A DNA stretch of 63,927 bases, counting the filler, from Hausera hauseri (lineage: Eukaryota), in the NCBI GenBank assembly GCA_046269625.1. It is 11 parts of 11 records of this genome, joined end to end, with 100 filler letters (N's around TTAATTAATTAA, not from the genome) between each part and the next. Parts side by side here need not be neighbours in the genome. Positions count along the whole stretch, not along the records: positions 29,719 to 37,827 come from JBJURY010766540.1; positions 37,928 to 43,295 come from JBJURY010269175.1; positions 43,396 to 53,385 come from JBJURY010258844.1; 8 more parts are not named here. One strand, given 5' to 3'. Positions 34,633 through 46,286 of this stretch are shown here, piece by piece. Below the pieces are notes generated by a model. The model saw only the letters and a program-made list of their open reading frames with translations, made no database searches and was not told where the DNA came from. The translations under genes were made by a program, and so were the position numbers. Position 1 is the first letter of the stretch. Every line of letters begins with the position of its first letter.

Positions 34633-37080
34633 TTAAACGTTTGCGTCGAACAAGTTCTTTAAAATATGTTCAAATCTGGATTGTAATCCATTGATATAAT
34701 TCATTAAATAGCATTTGCTTTCGGGACCAATAGTGTAGGTTTTTGAATCAACAGTTTCATGGATAATAACGTGAGATATATTATTTATATTGTTCAATTT
34801 CACTGTTTTTTCGCTTACTAATATAAATTGAACGGAACTCTTCCGGATTTGACAATCTTTGAATACTATTTCAGGATTATTTAAACTGATATTAACAGTA
34901 AACTCCGGTGCACTTTTTACCTTAGGTATGTAAAACTTTTCCATTTCCGTCGAAAAAGCATTTCTGAGGTTCACGGCCAAATCTTTTACTTGCAATTCAA
35001 TTTCACTGATCGGTTCATTTGATTCTAATAAACTGAACGTTATATTTCCGTCTTCGTCTGGCGATCTTCCATCAGTTATGGAACTTTTATCCTCATCATA
35101 CTCAGCATCGGATGAACTTTCAGCCGCGTTTGTTAATTGGTAACGTGGATTATCAGACCAATGTTCGATGACTTTCAAAACAAATCCACCGGAATCCAAT
35201 AAAGCTCGTTTCGAAAGTTTTAAATGTTGAATACATTCTAAATAACGCAGTTTGAAAGACCAATCATTCCAAGAAATACTATCTAATTTGACCGTAATCA
35301 AATTGACACCTCCGCACTCAACGAACTTCCGAATACAATTATCGGACTCCGTTCTCAATAAAACGTCGATCAAATTGAAAAATGATTCATTTTCCAAACA
35401 TTCATCCTTCAGAACAGTAATCAATTCGGAAACGTGATTGGTTTCTTTCAAAGAATTTCGCAAGGTAATTTTGTTAATGAGATCTTTACGTTTTCGACTT
35501 TCAGACTTTTGGATTTGGTCTCGGAGTTTTTCGTTGGGTTTTCCAAGCAGTCCAGTGCAATTATCGCTACCGCAAAAGCATTTTTGTTCAGTCGTTCCAT
35601 ATTGTTGGAACTGATAATCGATAGTTATCTCTTCGTTTTCTTTTATGTATCTTTTGGCGAAAATCCCGATACGGGTTTTTCCATTGACGACCCATCTTTC
35701 CAAAATGGTATTCGGATTGCATGAGTGATTGACAAATCTTGACCAGTTACCTTTGATACCAGCATCGATGAAGAGATCCTTTTGCATGGACATAATAAAG
35801 TGATTGTTGTACGTTGTTTCTTGATTTATTCTATTGGTAAATTCGTTGAAATCGATAAGTTCACCGACATATTCGATTATAAACGCACCGATTGAAATCG
35901 GATTGACAGCTCGAATACCCCAACCTTTTTCTGGACCGCAATAAAACGTCTCTATTTGGGCGTATGACTGTTCTTGGAAACGTCGATTTGTACATATACC
36001 ATACACAGGACAATTTCGATTACATTCAATTTTCACCTTACGATTAAAACAATTCTCGTCGCAAGCCGCTTTGCCCAATTGGATTTCGTCCGGGTCTGGT
36101 GGAGTACAACTGCAAGCGGTACTTCTCAGATAAAAATATTCGAATTTCTTCCCGATTGCAGATGGATGAATCTCTGTTTTAACAATGTGTTCATATATTG
36201 GTCTTTCAACGTCCGGGTATTTGGCAAATGGATCACAACTGTCATCATCGTTGAATTCAAATTCTCCACAAGAACTGAGATCATCTTTATCAGATAGAGC
36301 TTCACTGATTTTGATGCTGTTGTTTGTTTTGGTTGAATTCGAAATACCGTCGACGTCCAATACCTCATCGATCTCAACTGAACTAAACGATGAACGTAAC
36401 GTCGAATCGCGTATATTCTCATTATGCGTATTATTCAAATACAAATCATTCATAAATGAAATACGCGAATCTAAGTTATCCATATACTTATTTGGAGTAA
36501 CAATCGAGTTCGCATCATTCGCATCGACCTGTTGACATGGAACTGTAATCAATTTTTGAATATGAGAAACAACATCACTTAATCTTTGCTGATTATTGTA
36601 ATTCTCAGATTGGGAGAAATTGTTACAATGGTTATTCATATTTAGCTTTTCTGAAAGACATTGATAATCATAAGAAGGACCACTTGTACTCATTTGACAT
36701 GAAACAAAATTGTTAGGCTGAGGATAAAATGCGTTCACGTATGATGGTTGTTCAAATGTTGGTAACATACGTTGAGTTGAATTTGGAAGAACTGTATTTG
36801 TCAGGTTTTGAATATTGTCATGGAAAGGAGGTCTGAAGAGAGACTGTTTGTAACACGAATAAAAATCTGTGGCATTTGATTGAAAGACATTTGGTGAGGA
36901 GTAAAGATTATCAAAACAATTATTAAAAAGAGATGTGTTTACAAGTGTGTTTATTGGGACTTGATTCAGTGAATTGAGTTTATCATAAGGCGAAACTGAG
37001 TTGGAATTTAATGAACTCATCATAAAATAAATGGGATTGAAAGGATTACGATTGTCGCCGGATAAAATAGTATGATTCAT
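34633..37080 (-). CDS. SETD2: SETD2/Set2-like histone H3K36 methyltransferase, intronless, with no recognisable WW or SRI domain
   Basis: AWS (CSC...CDENCFNR..KIEC...CTNRRFQ), SET (KGWGIRA, EYVGE, GNWSRFVNHSCNPN, EEITIDY), post-SET CFCGSDNCTG, then a SETD2-like helical domain and FYIPK motif. Confidence 0.85.
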   Translation of the reverse strand: MNHTILSGDNRNPFNPIYFMMSSLNSNSVSPYDKLNSLNQVPINTLVNTSLFNNCFDNLYSSPNVFQSNATDFYSCYKQSLFRPPFHDNIQNLTNTVLPNSTQRMLPTFEQPSYVNAFYPQPNNFVSCQMSTSGPSYDYQCLSEKLNMNNHCNNFSQSENYNNQQRLSDVVSHIQKLITVPCQQVDANDANSIVTPNKYMDNLDSRISFMNDLYLNNTHNENIRDSTLRSSFSSVEIDEVLDVDGISNSTKTNNSIKISEALSDKDDLSSCGEFEFNDDDSCDPFAKYPDVERPIYEHIVKTEIHPSAIGKKFEYFYLRSTACSCTPPDPDEIQLGKAACDENCFNRKVKIECNRNCPVYGICTNRRFQEQSYAQIETFYCGPEKGWGIRAVNPISIGAFIIEYVGELIDFNEFTNRINQETTYNNHFIMSMQKDLFIDAGIKGNWSRFVNHSCNPNTILERWVVNGKTRIGIFAKRYIKENEEITIDYQFQQYGTTEQKCFCGSDNCTGLLGKPNEKLRDQIQKSESRKRKDLINKITLRNSLKETNHVSELITVLKDECLENESFFNLIDVLLRTESDNCIRKFVECGGVNLITVKLDSISWNDWSFKLRYLECIQHLKLSKRALLDSGGFVLKVIEHWSDNPRYQLTNAAESSSDAEYDEDKSSITDGRSPDEDGNITFSLLESNEPISEIELQVKDLAVNLRNAFSTEMEKFYIPKVKSAPEFTVNISLNNPEIVFKDCQIRKSSVQFILVSEKTVKLNNINNISHVIIHETVDSKTYTIGPESKCYLMNYINGLQSRFEHILKNLFDANV

Positions 37081-37927
37081 TGTTGAAGATTTTGATACGT
37101 ATTTATCACATAATGATTTGAAATTTGTTTTACCTCGACATGTAGAATCTGGAATAACAACACAATATGTTCAACAATTAAAATACTGTGCGTTCACTTT
37201 GAAATCCCTGTAAAATAAAGACCAATGGGATAAAATTGACCAAACTTGGCAATTTTATAAAGTATATAATGATTTTATCTCCGGAAAATAAGTAGTTCAA
37301 AAGTCGCTAACAGGTGGAAATTTAACGTATATTAATGACAGATTTTTATAAATACTAGTCATCATAATACAAATTCAATGTGCTGTGCTCTATTTTCCGC
37401 AACTATTTTAAAGTCCAAAGAATTTCAACTGAAGTGTCACGATTATTTCGGTGATAGCATATTTCAAATCTGTTGCGAAGTCAACGTCATTAATAAACCG
37501 TCGTTTTCCATCTGATAGTGACGTCTCAAACTATTTTTGCATGACATAAATCCCATAATTTCTTATATAATATTTCCAAGTTTGATAAATTTCGACCTAG
37601 TAGTCTTCATTTTACAGACGTTTCGAAGTGCAACTTTAATTATGAACACCCTGTATTTTAAAACCCATATAAACATATTTAACCATATACCATATAAAAC
37701 TGGAAAAATTATTTCTTAAAAAATCAATTATAGCGAACTTTGGATGACCTGCTTACGATAATTATGATTAATTATATACCCTCTATATCAAAAATCTGTG
37801 TGCATGATTAATGAAAAAGTTAGATGANNNNNNNNNNNNNNNNNNNNNNNNNNNNNNNNNNNNNNNNNNNNTTAATTAATTAANNNNNNNNNNNNNNNNN
37901 NNNNNNNNNNNNNNNNNNNNNNNNNNN

Positions 37928-40670
37928 TATATAAGGATGTGCAGCACAACTATGATTTCCAATGTATCAAGTTCCCTCCATCCATAGATGAAGTTAAAAA
38001 ATTTGAAAAGTCAACAACATGTCCATCAATATCTTGGGATTGGACGAGGATGATAAATTTTATCCCCTGCAGATATGCAATGCTGAATTGGAAGATCATA
38101 TGGATTTTCTGCTACTAGACGATGGAGAAAAGAAACATTATGTTTGAATCAAAGACTTTGAGCGGCTAGTCAGATTACAAATTACGAAACATCATGGGCA
38201 AATAGAAATATGTAAACGGTGCTTGTCCTATTTCAGTGACAGGTTAGCTGTGGAGAAGCCGAAGGAGCACAAGATGTACTGCAACAACAATTATTGTATC
38301 AGGCCAGATTTCCCCAAAGAGGACTACATTGAATTCAAGGAGTTCTAGAAGAATATCAAGGTCCCAATAGTTATCTATTGCGACTTTAAAGCGGTGCTGC
38401 ACCTAGTTCAGAGTTGCAGTCCTAATCCCCAACACAGCAGCACAACGTCATACCAATATCATGAGCTCTCATCATATTGCTTGTATGCCAAAGGACTGGA
38501 CAGTGAATCATATCTATTTAGAGGTCAAGGCGCAGCAGCTCATTTCATAAAGCGACTTGAAGATATGGCTCATAGGCTTGGCGATATGTTGCGGCAGCAT
38601 AAGGATACAATTAGCATATCGGAGCATTAAGAAAAAGAATGGTCCAAGGCAACAGCATGTTACTTGTGCGCCAAATCATTCACTAAGGGTAATTATAAAG
38701 TCAGAGATTATTGCCATTTTGCAGGCAAATATCGGGGCGCGGCATGCAACAACTGCAATCTGAACTGAAAAACATGTGCATATGTGCATGTAGTGTTCCA
38801 TAAGCTCAGTGGTTATGATTCCCATTTCATTGTTCGGGAACTGGGGAGCATTCAAGGAAACATTGATGTGATCCCTATTAGTGAGGAAATATACATCACC
38901 TTTACTAAGAATGTTTGGAAAATCAGGCTTCGCTTCATAGACAGTTTCCGTTTCATGTCGCCTTCACTTGACAGTTTAGTGAAGAACCTCCATGCAGAAG
39001 AACTCAAGGAGACGAAGCGGTTTTCCCCACTGCATTTGACCTAGTCAAAAGGAAAGGCGTCTTTCTCTATGACTATATAACATCATGGGAAACACTGGAT
39101 GATACCTCATTGCCGGCCAAGAAGGATTTTTCCAATATCCTCTATGATTGCGATATCAGTGATATGGATTACCAGCATGCTCAAAATGTCTGGCATTCAT
39201 TCCAATGCCAAACATTAAGAGAATACAGCGACATATACCTAACGACGGACGTGTTGCTTATGACGGATGTCTTTGAGTGTTTCAGGTATGTTACGATAAA
39301 AAACCATGCATTGGATCCCGCTCATTTCTTTACGGCTCCAGGGATGAGTTGGCAGCTATGCTGAGATATACAAATGTCAGGCTTCAGATCATAAAGGATT
39401 ACGACATAATATGCCAGGCAATCCACTGGTATAGTAGGGCCAACAACAAGTATATGGTCCAGTATGATCCATTTAAAGAATCCTCATATATATATCATAC
39501 CTGGATGCCAACAGCTTGTATGGATGGGCAATAAGTGCTCCATTGCCATATGATAACTTCAAGTTGGTTGAGCATCCCGAAGACATCCCTATACCGGACC
39601 TTCATCCCACTGAAGATACGGGTTACATACTGGAGGTAGATGTGGAATATCCGGCATCTATCCACACAAGGTATGAGCAGCTGCCATTCCTTCCTAGGAG
39701 CAAAAGACCACCGAATGGGGGATTAGAAAAATTACTGTATATGTAATCCACTACATAAATCTCCAGCAAGCAGTCAGAAATGGACTCGGGGTTATTAAGA
39801 TTCATCAAGCCCTGCAATTCATCCAGTCCATGTGGCTACAGCCATACATAGATCTCAATACCAAGCTGCGGACCAATGCCAAGAACGACTTTGAGAAGGA
39901 TCAATTCAAGTTATACAACAACAGTGTTTTTAGCAAGACCATGGAAGATATCCGCAACAGGATCAACATCAAACTAGTCCCTGACTGGAAGCGGGAAAAG
40001 AAGCTTATTGCCAAGCCCAATTTCCACAGCAACGTCATAAATGCGGAGAACTTGGTCAGCATCCATATGCTGAAAACATCCTTGAAATTCAACAAGCCCA
40101 TATATGTGCGTAGGGCAATATTAGACCTGGCAAAGACCCTGATGTACAAATTCCACTATGACATTACGATACCTAAGTTCGAGTCTATGCAGCTTATGTA
40201 TATGGATACTGATAGATTCACCTATCAGATCCATAGAGATGATATTTATAAGGACTTTGCCCAATTGGTGCATCACATGGATACCTCGGATTATCCGAAG
40301 GAACATCCCAACTATTCAGTAGCCAACAAAAGGTCCTTGGGAAATTCAAAGACGAGGTGAATGGAGCAATCATCTCGAGATTTGTTGCTCTTAGTTCCAA
40401 AATGTATGCCACTGATATATGTGGCGAAGTAAAGAAGCGGGCTAAAGGGGTTCAAAGGGCGACCTTAGCCAAGAAGATTGGCTTCAATGACTATGTTGGA
40501 GTTCTGCATGAGCAGACTCATATCATATCAGAGATGCGAAGGATCCAGTCTAGGGCTCATAACATTGAGACTGTAACATTACAGAAGAAAAGCTTAGATT
40601 GGATGGATGACAAGAGGCAGATCCTGGTGATGGAAGCCATACACTACCTCACGGACATGTGGCATTGTAA
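37928..40670 (+). pseudogene. polB: Protein-primed DNA polymerase B (Polinton/Maverick), copy 1
   Basis: EndoVII-like zinc motif (VRDYCHFAGKYRGAACNNCN), FHKLSGYDSHF, FIDSFRFM, DANSLYGWA, KLYNNSVF, YMDTD, SKMYA, DDKR; many stops and frameshifts. Confidence 0.92.
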
Positions 40671-41251
40671 ATATGTACATATTGTTATTCTTTGTTTAAT
40701 AAATCTTGTATAGAAATATCGTGTTTTCTTCTTGATCAAGTAATGTGGGATATAGAATAAGGCCAAGTAAAACTAAGTAACTAATATGTAGAATAAAGCC
40801 AACTAATTTCACAACACATTTATTTCATAACAATATAACTTTGGCATAACGCTAAACACTGTTTAATGTGTGTGTGTGTGCTTGTCTGTGCTTGTAGAAT
40901 GTAAGTAACCTGAGAAAAGGCATGGCTCAGATATATGTCCGTGTGTTTGCTTGGATGGGTGTATGTAAAATGCAACTAACTTGGGAAAATATATAGATCA
41001 GATATGTCTGTGTGTGCATGTGTGTAAAAAGCAAGTAATATTTAGCTAATATGACTAATATGCAGGTAATACACGGGGATTATGTATGTGATATATGAAT
41101 TATAGAATGTATTGGGTATGAAATACATGCAGCATATATGGGTAATCTACAGGTACTATATATGTAATATTTTTCGCAATATATCTAATGAAGATATTAT
41201 ATAGGTAACATATGTCCTATCAAAGCAGTGCATTTGAAACTAATCAATAGA

Positions 41252-43295
41252 TTAATGAATATGCTCATTAATACAATGTATCAATGCACTAATCAATACA
41301 CTAATCAATACTGTCTCAATGCTATGATTCCTAGATTGGATCCTTCGCATCTTGGATATGATATGAGTCTGCTCCTGCAGAACTCTCACATAATCCTGAA
41401 AACTGATCTTGTTGGCAAATGTAGCCCTTTGAACGTCCTTGGCTCTCTTTTTGATTTGACCACATATGTCTAGAGCATATATTTTAGATCTGAGAGCCAC
41501 AAATCTCAAGATTATTGCTTTATTCACCTCATCTTTGAATTTCCCAAGGACCTTTTCTGGCAATTGATTAGTTTGGATGCTTCTTTGGATAGTCCGAGGT
41601 ATCCATTTGTGAGCCAATTGGGCAAAGTCCTCATATATATCATCTGTATGGATCTTATAGATGAAATTATCAGTATCCATATACATCAGCTGCACGGACT
41701 TGAACTTGGGAACCATGACGTCATAATGGAATTTATACATTAGGGTCTTTGACATGTCGAGGATTGCCATACCCATGTATATGAGCTTGTTGAATTGCAA
41801 GGATTTTTTCAGTATATAGATGCTGACAAAGTTCTCAGCATATATGGTGCAGCTGTAGAAGTTGGGCTGAGCAATGAACTGCAGGGCTCTATTGATCTTA
41901 GTAATACGAAGTCCATGTTTAACTGCCTACTGGAGATTGATGTAGTGAACTACATACCCCTCCCTATTACCCATATGGCAGAGCAGCTTTCTATGCTTTC
42001 CAATGGGCCAAGGGCCGGTTCTCAGGGCGGAAACGCAGCTGTTGATGCCTTGCGTGTAAAGAAGCCGAATATTCTATATCTATCTCCAGTATGTATGCCG
42101 TATCTCCAGTGAGATCCACATCTAGTATAAGGATGTTTTCAGGATTCTCGACCCATTTGAAGTTATCATATGGCAATGGGGCACTCATTACCCATCCATA
42201 CTAGTTGTAGGTATTCAGATGTGATATATATGAGGATTCCTTTGTTGAGTTGAATTCGGCCATATACTTGTTGTTGGCCTCACTATATCGGTGAATGGCT
42301 TGGCATATTCCGCCTCTTATGCCTCTCTCGATCATAAAAATAACATCATAATCCTTAATGATCTGCAGCCTAATACCAGTATAGCGCAGCATTGCTGCCC
42401 AACTCATTCCTGGAATCATAAAGGAATGAGCCGGATCTAAAGCATGGCTCTTTATTGTAACATCCCTGAAACTCTCAGAGACATCCGTCAGCAGCAGCAC
42501 ATCGGTATGGAGATATATAACACTATATTCCCCTATTGCCTTGCATTGGAATGCATGCCAGACGTTCTGAGCATGCTGGTAGTCCTCATCACTTTTATCG
42601 CAATCAGAGAGGATATTGTAAAAGTCCTTCTTGGCCGGAAATGAGGTCTCATCCAGTGTTTTACTATGAAGTTATGTAGTCATAGGGAAAGGCGCCTTTC
42701 CTCTTGAGTAGGTCAAATGTAGTGAGGAAGTATCGCTTCGTTACTTTGAATTCTTATGCAGGGAGGTTCTTCACTAAACTGTTCTGTGAAGACGACATGA
42801 AACCAAAGCTGTCTATGAAGTGAAGTCGGATTTTCCCAAAATGCTCCGTAAATGTAATATACTTCTCCTTACTATTTTGGATCACCTTAATGTTTTCTTC
42901 AATGTTGCCTATTTCTCGGACTATGAAATGGGAATCATAGCCGCTGAGATTATGGAACACTACATGCACATATGTGCATGTTTTGCAGCAAAGATTGCAG
43001 TTGTTGCATGCTGCCCCTCGATATGCATCTGTAAAATGGCAGTGATCCTTGAATTTTCAATTTTCCTTGGTGAAGTACTTGTCGCACAAGTAACATGTTT
43101 CTGCCTTGCGCCATTTTTTTCCTGTCTCCACGACATGCTCATATTATGCTTATGCTGCTGAAGCATATTTTCAAGCTTATCAGCCATGTCTTCAAGTCTC
43201 TTCATGAAATGTGCTGTTGCACCTGGACCTCTGAAATGAAATAGATCACTGTCCAGTCCTTTGGAATACATGCAATACGATGAGAGTTCATCATA
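41252..43295 (-). pseudogene. polB: Protein-primed DNA polymerase B, copy 2, convergent with copy 1 and internally deleted
   Basis: FHNLSGYDSHF, FIDSFGFM, GIRGGICQA, YMDTDN, LGKFKDE, RSKIYA; closely similar to copy 1. Confidence 0.9.
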
Positions 43296-43395
43296 NNNNN
43301 NNNNNNNNNNNNNNNNNNNNNNNNNNNNNNNNNNNNNNNTTAATTAATTAANNNNNNNNNNNNNNNNNNNNNNNNNNNNNNNNNNNNNNNNNNNN

Positions 43396-44900
43396 GACAA
43401 CGGCCATCAGTTCATCCTCACAATGATGGACCGTTCCTCGCGATGGCCAGAGGCTGTCCCGCTTCGGAGCACCAACACAGAAACCATCGCAGACGTTTTC
43501 ACCCGCACTTGGATCAGCAGGATTGGATCACCTCGCCACATCATTTAAGACCAAGGTCCACAGTTCGAATCCAACCTGTTTAAAGCTATTGTCAATCGAC
43601 TGGGAATTAACTACATTCAAACGTCACCATATCATCCTTAATTGAATGGCCTTCTCGAACGCTTTCACCGAACAATGAAAACGTCTCTCAATATCCTTGC
43701 TGAGTCCAATCTCAGTTAGACTACACTCCTTTCGTACGTTTTGCTTGGCTGGCGGAACACACCATTAACTTCTACAGGCTGTTCACCTGCAAAAACATTA
43801 TTTGGCACTTCCATTAGATCATTATTTGAGGTGACTGAGCTGGACAATACTCTTACAGACGAAACCATTCAAGCGGCACAGAGACACTTCCTTGAGATCA
43901 GCAGAGACTCACTTTGCAGATTGTTACACGCAAATAAACCATACATACCCGACGATTTATATACTGCCAAGTTCGTTTGGCTAAAAAATCAGACGCCGTA
44001 TGGCTTTCAACCTCATTACGTCGGTCCTTACAAAGTAATTCGTTTACACTCCCACAACATTATCATCATCCTCAAAGACGACAAAGAAGTAACAGTTCAC
44101 ATCAACAACGCTAAACCGGCTTTCGTCATTGACGATAGGTCTCCCATGGAAGCCACTTCTCCACCAATATCTTTACACGGCGTGCAGCAATCCAACAATT
44201 CACCTTCCATCTCTGCTCAATTTCTTAATCCACTTTCCCCTAAGTTTTCTCCCAAAACTTTTACTTTAATTTCTTCTCACAATTCAGCCTCTTTTTCCCC
44301 ATCCGATTTTGCACTTTCAAGCCTTTTCACACCTCTTTCATCTCCTCACAACAACCTGCTTTCTCCTTTTACTGTACTTCCTCCATCAAACATCACTTCG
44401 ACTTCACCAATCTCTCCATCCACCCCTTTCATCATTCCAACCTCTTGCACACCACCTTCCAACTACTTTCCTTTGACTTCTCCATCTTTGTACTCTCTTC
44501 CGTTTTGTACCTCTTCGCCATCATCTCTCTCTCTTCTCCCTCTACACCTTTCTCATCTTCGGCGTATTCTTTTTCCCTCTCTCCTGACGCATCACCTTTT
44601 ACTTCTTTTATTTCCACTTTGCAACTTCCTGTTCTCTCTACTTTTATCCCTATCTTCCTCCCTCTCTCTACTACTACCTCTGTTTTATCTTTTACTTCCA
44701 CTCGTTCGTCTAATTCAGTTCCAACTTCCACTCCAGTATTCGTCTCTCTTCTTTTATACGCCACTATATATTTTATCATTATGGAAAAATCAGTAGAAGG
44801 CACCCAACGTCTTGTCCACACTAAGACCAACTGACATATACATTGTTTTGTTTAGTGCTTGTTTCTTTCCATCTATTTTCGTCTTCATAGTTTTTACTTT
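43396..44900 (+). pseudogene. pol: 3' end of a Ubl-Gag family element: integrase core, GPY motif and S/P/T-rich tail
   Basis: MDRSSRWPEAVPL, ERFHRTMK, HYVGPYKV; direct repeat of 52230-53385. Confidence 0.85.
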
Positions 44901-44905
44901 GCCAC

Positions 44906-45110
44906 GGGGGGGGGCTGATGTGGTGCCCACAGAGGCCGGCGCCCTCTGGCCCATTTGGTTGGGAACGGCCGGGCCTCCGTTGCCGCCGCGTCGGGCTCAT
45001 AGGCGGGTCCCAATCTTCCGCTTCGAAACGGCACAATATGATCGTGGCGTTAAACAACAGACAGATAATAGCTTGGACGACGATTTTGCCCCTTGTGGTC
45101 TAAACAGTTG
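44906..45110 (+). repeat. PPT (G9) plus putative LTR starting TGTGGTG at 44919
   Basis: GGGGGGGGGCTGA|TGTGG follows the element's 3' end; abrupt GC-rich block; 3' boundary uncertain. Confidence 0.6.
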
Positions 45111-45172
45111 TAGTAGCTGGTGCTGCTGTAAGTCCTGTCAAATACAATTCTAAACCAAAAACGTTTACTGAT

Positions 45173-45970
45173 ATGGTATCGGTCAAACGCAACTCTGAAA
45201 CGAAACCGGCACTGGCACCGGCTCGCGAAAGTACCAATTCAACAATTGCCAAATCTGCATCGCCAGACTCAACAGAAATTTACGGTAATAACGCGTATGT
45301 TACTATTTACTTTTCCGGAAAACTTTATTCAAAAGCCAAAAAAACAAACAGTTTCAGTAGTTCAGATTTATCACAAATTCAACATTCACCCGAGACCCGG
45401 CCATGTTCTCCAACGAATTTCGACGTTCTCGAACAAACATCATCAACTGATAGACAGTTCAAATGCATTTTTTACAATAGTACTCGGAAGTCATTTCATC
45501 ATTTGCAAACGCATTATATTCGACATGGAATACGAAATCTCGGCGAATCAAATATCAAAGAATCAAATGGTGATCAGACTACCGATGAGACTATAATACA
45601 AAACTTATTATGGGTTTTCTTACCACAAGTAATGCCTAGTGACGTTCTCATTCTCCATTTCCCTCTTTGTGCTTATCACAGCCACCTTTTGAACAATATT
45701 GAAGAACATTTTGATGAATTTCATCCTGACAAAATGATCGATTATATCACATACAGATGTGCCATTTACCATAAAGTAGCGTCTTGCCGTCAGTTTATGA
45801 ACGAACATATTTTGTTAATCCACAACAAATTCAGCACGAATGATCTTGGTTCTGGTAAGCAGACAATTCAAGAAAGTAATGTTGATGTTCTAGAAAGTCA
45901 AATGCCACGATTTTCGTTGTCGGATTGTATTGTTCAAAAACCGTTAAAGAAAAGCAAAAAGCGACATTGA
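45173..45970 (+). CDS. Protein with degenerate C2H2 zinc-finger-like motifs
   Basis: FKCIFY...FHHLQTHYIRH; FPLCAY...IEEHFDEFH; YRCAIY...MNEHILLIH, each with a Cys substitution. Confidence 0.5.
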   Translation: MVSVKRNSETKPALAPARESTNSTIAKSASPDSTEIYGNNAYVTIYFSGKLYSKAKKTNSFSSSDLSQIQHSPETRPCSPTNFDVLEQTSSTDRQFKCIFYNSTRKSFHHLQTHYIRHGIRNLGESNIKESNGDQTTDETIIQNLLWVFLPQVMPSDVLILHFPLCAYHSHLLNNIEEHFDEFHPDKMIDYITYRCAIYHKVASCRQFMNEHILLIHNKFSTNDLGSGKQTIQESNVDVLESQMPRFSLSDCIVQKPLKKSKKRH

Positions 45971-46286
45971 TTTTCTATTGCAACTATGTAGCTAATTTTG
46001 TTTCTCTGTTTTTAGCTGACTAAAAAATTTTTTGTTTAAATTTTTTAAGTGTAAACAAAATAAAAAATAGTGCAAGATTTGGTTTAAAAAAACCTTTTAA
46101 CCATTCTGATTTTCATAAAGATTTTCAAAAGTGTCATTTTGGAATTTTGTTTTTGCTACTTTGACTTGATTTTAATTCGTACCAGCTACAATTGCCAAGC
46201 GGGATAAATCCTGTTCAGATTTTGATTTTCGTTACATAATTGCGAACGTTTTGAATTGAACTTCCTTTAGCCATATTTGTTTTTGA

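Noticed and set aside
16555-43295. Joining the Polinton capsid cassette (D) and pPolBs (H), or any retroelement parts on different contigs, into one element
   Set aside because: They are separated by artificial linkers, so adjacency carries no biological information
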